A stretch of 64,000 nucleotides of DNA, from positions 26,416 to 90,415 of the forward strand of contig JASLMH010000001.1 in NCBI GenBank assembly GCA_030746635.1, written 5' to 3'. Shown in pieces: positions 60,079 through 64,000 of this stretch (position 1 is the first letter of the stretch; each line of letters opens with the position of its first letter). The position numbers and the translations under genes were made by a program. This DNA is from Alphaproteobacteria bacterium. GTDB taxonomy: Bacteria > Pseudomonadota > Alphaproteobacteria > GCA-2731375. The notes beneath the pieces are model-generated. The model was not told the DNA's origin. It worked only from the letters and a program-made list of their open reading frames with translations, and did no database searches.

Positions 60079-60855
60079 ATGGCCTACGAGAACATCCTGG
60101 TGGAGACCCGGGGCGGCGTGGCGATCATCACCCTGAACCGGCCGGAGGCGCTGAACGCCCTGAGCAGCGGCCTCGTCGCCGACGTCGGCCAGGCCCTGGA
60201 CGGCTTCGAGGCGGACGAGGCGATCGGCTGTATCGTCGTCACGGGCAGCGAGAAAGCCTTCGCCGCCGGCGCCGACATCAAGGAGATGGCGCCGAAAAGC
60301 TACATGGACGTCTACAAGGAGGATTTCATCACCGTCGGCTGGGAGCGAGTGGCGCAAAGCCGCAAGCCGATCATCGCCGCCGTCGCCGGCTTTGCCCTGG
60401 GCGGCGGCTGCGAGATGGCGATGATGTGCGATTTCATCATCGCCGCCGACAACGCCAGGTTCGGCCAGCCGGAAATCAACCTCGGCATTATCCCCGGCGC
60501 CGGCGGCACCCAACGGCTGACCCGTTTCGTCGGCAAGTCCAAGGCCATGGAGATGTGCCTGACCGGTCGGATGATGGACGCCGAGGAGGCCGAACGGGCC
60601 GGCCTGGTCAGCCGGGTGGTGCCGCTGGATGAGTTGCTGGACGAGGCGGTGGCGACGGCCGAGAAGATCTGCAAGCTGTCGCGGCCGATCGTGATGATCG
60701 CCAAGGAAAGCGTCAATCGGGCCTATGAAACCACCCTGGCCGAGGGTGTGCGATTCGAACGGCGGCTGTTCCATTCGACCTTTTCCACCGAGGATAAGAT
60801 GGAGGGCATGGCCGCCTTCCTGGACAAGCGCGAGGCGCAGTTCAAGCACCGTTGA
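60079..60855 (+). CDS. Short-chain enoyl-CoA hydratase
   Basis: [32 protein letters not shown]. Confidence 0.95.
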   Translation: MAYENILVETRGGVAIITLNRPEALNALSSGLVADVGQALDGFEADEAIGCIVVTGSEKAFAAGADIKEMAPKSYMDVYKEDFITVGWERVAQSRKPIIAAVAGFALGGGCEMAMMCDFIIAADNARFGQPEINLGIIPGAGGTQRLTRFVGKSKAMEMCLTGRMMDAEEAERAGLVSRVVPLDELLDEAVATAEKICKLSRPIVMIAKESVNRAYETTLAEGVRFERRLFHSTFSTEDKMEGMAAFLDKREAQFKHR

Positions 60856-61003
60856 CGCCGCCGCCGCCGGATTCCGCGCCGGCAGCGGCCGACTGACTCG
60901 CCGGCCGGCTGCACAACGAGTTTACAGCGGCCGGGCCGATTGTTATTCAATTGGCGCTGCGGAGGGCTGGCGGCTGGGTTTTGCGGACAGGTGAGCGGGC
61001 GTC

Positions 61004-61936
61004 ATGAAGCTGCTTTCGGGAAACAGTAACCGGCCGTTGGCCGAAGCCATCGGCGCCTATCTGGAAACGCCGCTGACCAAGGCGGACGTGCGGCGCTTCT
61101 CCGACATGGAAGTGTTCGTGGAGATCCACGAGAACGTGCGCGGCGAGGATGTCTTCATCATCCAGTCCACCTCCTCGCCGGCCAATGACAACCTGATGGA
61201 ACTGCTGGTCTGTATCGACGCCCTGCGGCGCGCCTCGGCCCGCCGGATCACCGCCGTGCTGCCCTATTTCGGCTATGCCCGCCAGGACCGCAAGCCGGGG
61301 CCGCGGACGCCGATCTCGGCCAAGCTGGTGGCCAACCTGATCACCACCGCCGGGGCCGACCGGGTACTGACCATGGACCTGCACGCCGGGCAGATCCAGG
61401 GCTTCTTCGACATCCCGACCGACAATCTGTTCACCGGGCCAGTGTTTACCCGCGACATCGCCGAACGCTATGGCGAGGACAAGTTGGTGCTGGTCTCGCC
61501 CGATGTCGGCGGCGTCGTCCGCACCCGGGCCCTGGCCAAGCGGCTGGACGCCGACCTGGCGATCGTCGACAAACGCCGCGAGCGGGCCGGCGTATCCGAG
61601 GTGATGAACATCATCGGCGAGGTCGAGGGCCGGATTTGCGTGCTGGTTGACGATATCGTCGATTCCGCCGGCACCCTGTGCAACGCCGCCAACGCCCTGA
61701 TGGAACAGGGGGCCGAGCAGGTCTCGGCCTACGTCACCCACGGCGTGCTCTCGGGCGGCGCGGTGGCGCGGGTCACTGCCTCGGCCCTGGATATTCTGTC
61801 CGTCACCGACAGCATCGCCGCCACCGAGGCGATGCGCCATGCCCGCAACGTCCGCTCGATCTCCGTCGCGCCGCTGATCGGCGAGGCGATCCGCCGGATC
61901 AGCGACGAATCCTCGGTCTCTTCGCTGTTCGATTAG
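61004..61936 (+). CDS. prs: Ribose-phosphate pyrophosphokinase
   Basis: [39 protein letters not shown]. Confidence 0.97.
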   Translation: MKLLSGNSNRPLAEAIGAYLETPLTKADVRRFSDMEVFVEIHENVRGEDVFIIQSTSSPANDNLMELLVCIDALRRASARRITAVLPYFGYARQDRKPGPRTPISAKLVANLITTAGADRVLTMDLHAGQIQGFFDIPTDNLFTGPVFTRDIAERYGEDKLVLVSPDVGGVVRTRALAKRLDADLAIVDKRRERAGVSEVMNIIGEVEGRICVLVDDIVDSAGTLCNAANALMEQGAEQVSAYVTHGVLSGGAVARVTASALDILSVTDSIAATEAMRHARNVRSISVAPLIGEAIRRISDESSVSSLFD

Positions 61937-61972
61937 GCCGCCGCTACCAGTCAAGCCGCCTGAATCGTGCTT

Positions 61973-62689
61973 CTAGGCAGTCCGCTTGCGTCGCCGTGCG
62001 AAGCCAAGACCCGCGAGTCCTACTGCCATGACGGCCAGGGTGGTGGGCTCGGGAACAGGTGGAGCCGCACTCGAATAGGCTTCGAAGTTATCGGCGCCGA
62101 AGAACGTTCGACTGTCGGTCAGATCCCGAACCTGCACCGAAGTAAAACTCTCGCCGGCGTCATACAGGATGCCGAAAAAGCCGCTCGATGATCCGAGAAT
62201 GGTGGGACCGGTGATGTTGTCGCCCAACGAGGTGAGTAACGTCAGCGGATTGGCATCGTTGGATGGCGTGTTGGACGGTCCCCGATAGTCGAAGCCCAGC
62301 GCCGCGATCGCCCCGTGGGTGATCAAGGTGTCTCCGGCTGGGGGGCTGTAGGACACCAGACTTACGTATGACGTCCCATTGACCGTCTGGGAGCCGGAAA
62401 GGGGGCTTGTATCACGAATGCTCCACGACGTGTCCGTGCCGTAATTGCCGCTTACGGTCGCGAAATTCATGAATCCCGCCGATACGCCGGTGGGATTGCC
62501 ATATATCGTCGTGCCGGTGAATGTATTGAAGTTTTCGGAGAGATCCCCTACCCCGCCGCCGGCAGCCGCACGCCAACTCGCCCGATCGGTGAAGGTCAGA
62601 AAACCGGCACTGGCGGTATCGACGAATGACATCGCGGCCAGAACAATCCCCAGACCAAGTGGCAGTGTCCGCAAGGATACCTTTTTCAT
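61973..62689 (-). CDS. PEP-CTERM sorting-domain surface protein
   Basis: Signal peptide ending ASA, Ser/Thr/Gly-rich body, C-terminal VPEPTTLAVMAVGLAGLGFARRRKRTA. Confidence 0.93.
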   Translation of the reverse strand: MKKVSLRTLPLGLGIVLAAMSFVDTASAGFLTFTDRASWRAAAGGGVGDLSENFNTFTGTTIYGNPTGVSAGFMNFATVSGNYGTDTSWSIRDTSPLSGSQTVNGTSYVSLVSYSPPAGDTLITHGAIAALGFDYRGPSNTPSNDANPLTLLTSLGDNITGPTILGSSSGFFGILYDAGESFTSVQVRDLTDSRTFFGADNFEAYSSAAPPVPEPTTLAVMAVGLAGLGFARRRKRTA

Positions 62690-62882
62690 AGGCCGATACC
62701 TTTCCAACTGCGTCCTTGTTTCCCGACGCGGCACAATCACCGCCGACGCCGCGCTCAAAAGCGGCCGCACGCACTACAGCACGCACCCCGAAAACGGTCA
62801 CCGCAAAGCCGCGGCGAATATTCGGCCTCACGATGCCGACTGTTCACCATCTCGCGGTCGTCGATGTTTCGAGAAACGCCAC

Positions 62883-62897
62883 GCAAAATCTGTGCCA
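62883..62897 (-). promoter_or_regulatory. Sigma-54 promoter of the PEP-CTERM gene
   Basis: Minus strand TGGCAC-AGATT-TTGC, a full -24/-12 consensus match. Confidence 0.85.
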
Positions 62898-62972
62898 GTT
62901 TTGAATGAATCCGTAATACTCAAATTTTTCAATCACTTACAGAAAGTGGTCTAGTGACGTCAGCGCCGGATC

Positions 62973-63000
62973 TGTAAAGTTCACTTAACACTTCGTTAAC
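62973..63000. promoter_or_regulatory. Candidate enhancer TGT-N12-ACA overlapping a CtrA-type box
   Basis: TGTaaagttcacttaACA at 62973-62990 and TTAAcacttcgTTAAC at 62985-63000. Confidence 0.5.
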
Positions 63001-63203
63001 TTTCCAGCCAGCCGAACCGACCACCCGGCGCGACGCCGAAACAGCGCGTCGAGGACCGTCTCCGGGTCGATGAGGCAGCCGGCACCGACATCGACAGCAT
63101 TGTCCCACTGGACTACTGTGCCGAAATCATGGCCTACGGAGCGCATCCGGGATCGCGTTCGGTCGGCCGTGAATACGTACCGCGCCAAGTCAACGAGGAC
63201 CGC

Positions 63204-64000
63204 ATGTCCGTGGACAGTTTCAAGTACCTGCCGAAGAGCTTCCGGCCGATGTTCGAGGATGTCGACATCGAGGTCGAGGGGGCCGTGTGGGCGCCCTTCG
63301 AGAAGCCCCTGTCCGAGGCCACCATCGCGGTGCTCTCCTCGGCCGGCATTTTCCTCAAGGACAGCCAGCAGGGTTTCGACATGGAGCGCGAAAAGCGCGA
63401 GCCGACCTGGGGCGATCCGAGTTGGCGCGCCATTCCCCGCGACGTAGGGCAGGATCGGATCGACGCGGCCCATCTGCACATCAATACCGAGCACGTAAAG
63501 CGGGACGTGGGCGTGGCCCTGCCGCTGCGCGCCCTGGCGGCGCTCGAAGCCGACGGGGTGATCGGCCGCCTGGCGGCCGAGAACTACTCGGTCATGGGCT
63601 ACCAGGAAAACGGCTGCGCCGTCTGGCAATCGCAGACCGGGCCCGAGATCGTCAACCGGCTGCGCCACGAGGCCGTCGACGCCTTGATCCTGGCGCCTGC
63701 CTGACCGGACTGCTGCCGCAACGTGCCCGTGCTGGCACGTATCATCGAAGGGGCAGGCATACCCACCGTGACGGTCACCATGATGCCGGATCTGGCGAGC
63801 AAGACGCGGGTTTCGCGGCTGCTCGGGGTCGAATTCCCCTTCGGTCAGGCCTTCGGCATGATCGACGATCTCGACATGCAGCGAGAGGTGGCCGAGGCGG
63901 CGGTGCGTCTGCTGGAAGAGGCGCAAGAGCCCGAAAGCCGGCGCGATTTGGACATCGAATGGCCGATCGACACCAAGACCGCCTACCGCGCCTGGCAACC
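63204..64000 (+). CDS. PrdB/GrdB-family reductase selenoprotein B, in-frame TGA at 63702-63704 read as Sec (runs off the right edge)
   Basis: WAPFEKPLSEATIAVLSSAG, TGPEIVNRLRHEAVDALILAPA-U-PDCCRNV...IIEGAGIPTV parallels PrdB (LTAG-U-GTCHR...IEEAGIPT). The frame stays open for 98 codons after the TGA. GAGGA RBS before ATG 63204. Confidence 0.85.
63721..63740 (+). promoter_or_regulatory. Bacterial SECIS-like hairpin
   Basis: acgtgcc-CGTGCT-ggcacgt perfect 7-bp stem. The loop begins 23 nt after the UGA and has GU at loop positions 2-3. Confidence 0.7.

Noticed and set aside
56266-60855. MDR oxidoreductase and enoyl-CoA hydratase as dedicated acrylate-detoxification genes (AcuI/AcuH)
   Set aside because: Both look like widespread housekeeping family members, about 50 kb from the dddP-like gene with no linkage. 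AcuH-like activity of the hydratase cannot be excluded.
62985-63998. 337-aa minus-strand ORF and the open stretch at 63000-63203 (contains GHDFG on one strand, DIDSIVPLDYCAEIM on the other)
   Set aside because: Mostly antisense to the PrdB-like gene. The short stretch might be a gene remnant, but I cannot assign it to any family or find a convincing start.

Overview
GC-rich chromosomal segment of an alphaproteobacterium, probably Rhodospirillales-like, judged from the conserved synteny secA/ppi-argJ-mutT, cpdR-tRNA-Val, thrB-rnhA-ispH, atpIBEb'b-smc-dsbA-DUF721, mutY-ccrM-rnhB and ialB-rlmN. Core content also includes glcDEF, a glycine-riboswitch-led gcvT-H-PA-PB operon, rpmJ and prs. The main surprises are: (1) a PrdB-like reductase at the right edge that continues through an in-frame TGA in a U-x-x-C motif with a SECIS-like hairpin, so a likely selenoprotein split by the ORF track; (2) a low-GC lone gene between mutY and ccrM encoding an Mrr-like nuclease fused to a STAND/NACHT ATPase with no C-terminal sensor, a candidate anti-phage gene; (3) a DddP-like DMSP lyase in an apparent operon with a tandem-EthD protein and a lone acyl-CoA carboxyltransferase; (4) a nested palindromic repeat cluster directly after tRNA-Val; (5) a 4-chlorobenzoate-CoA-ligase-like gene without its usual dehalogenase partners; (6) a PEP-CTERM gene with a sigma-54 promoter and candidate enhancer; (7) three TTAA-N7-TTAA CtrA-type boxes. 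I saw no CRISPR array, transposase, integrase or rRNA. All family assignments come from motifs and remembered family sequences, not database searches. Several start codons were moved from the ORF-track starts on RBS, promoter or homology grounds.
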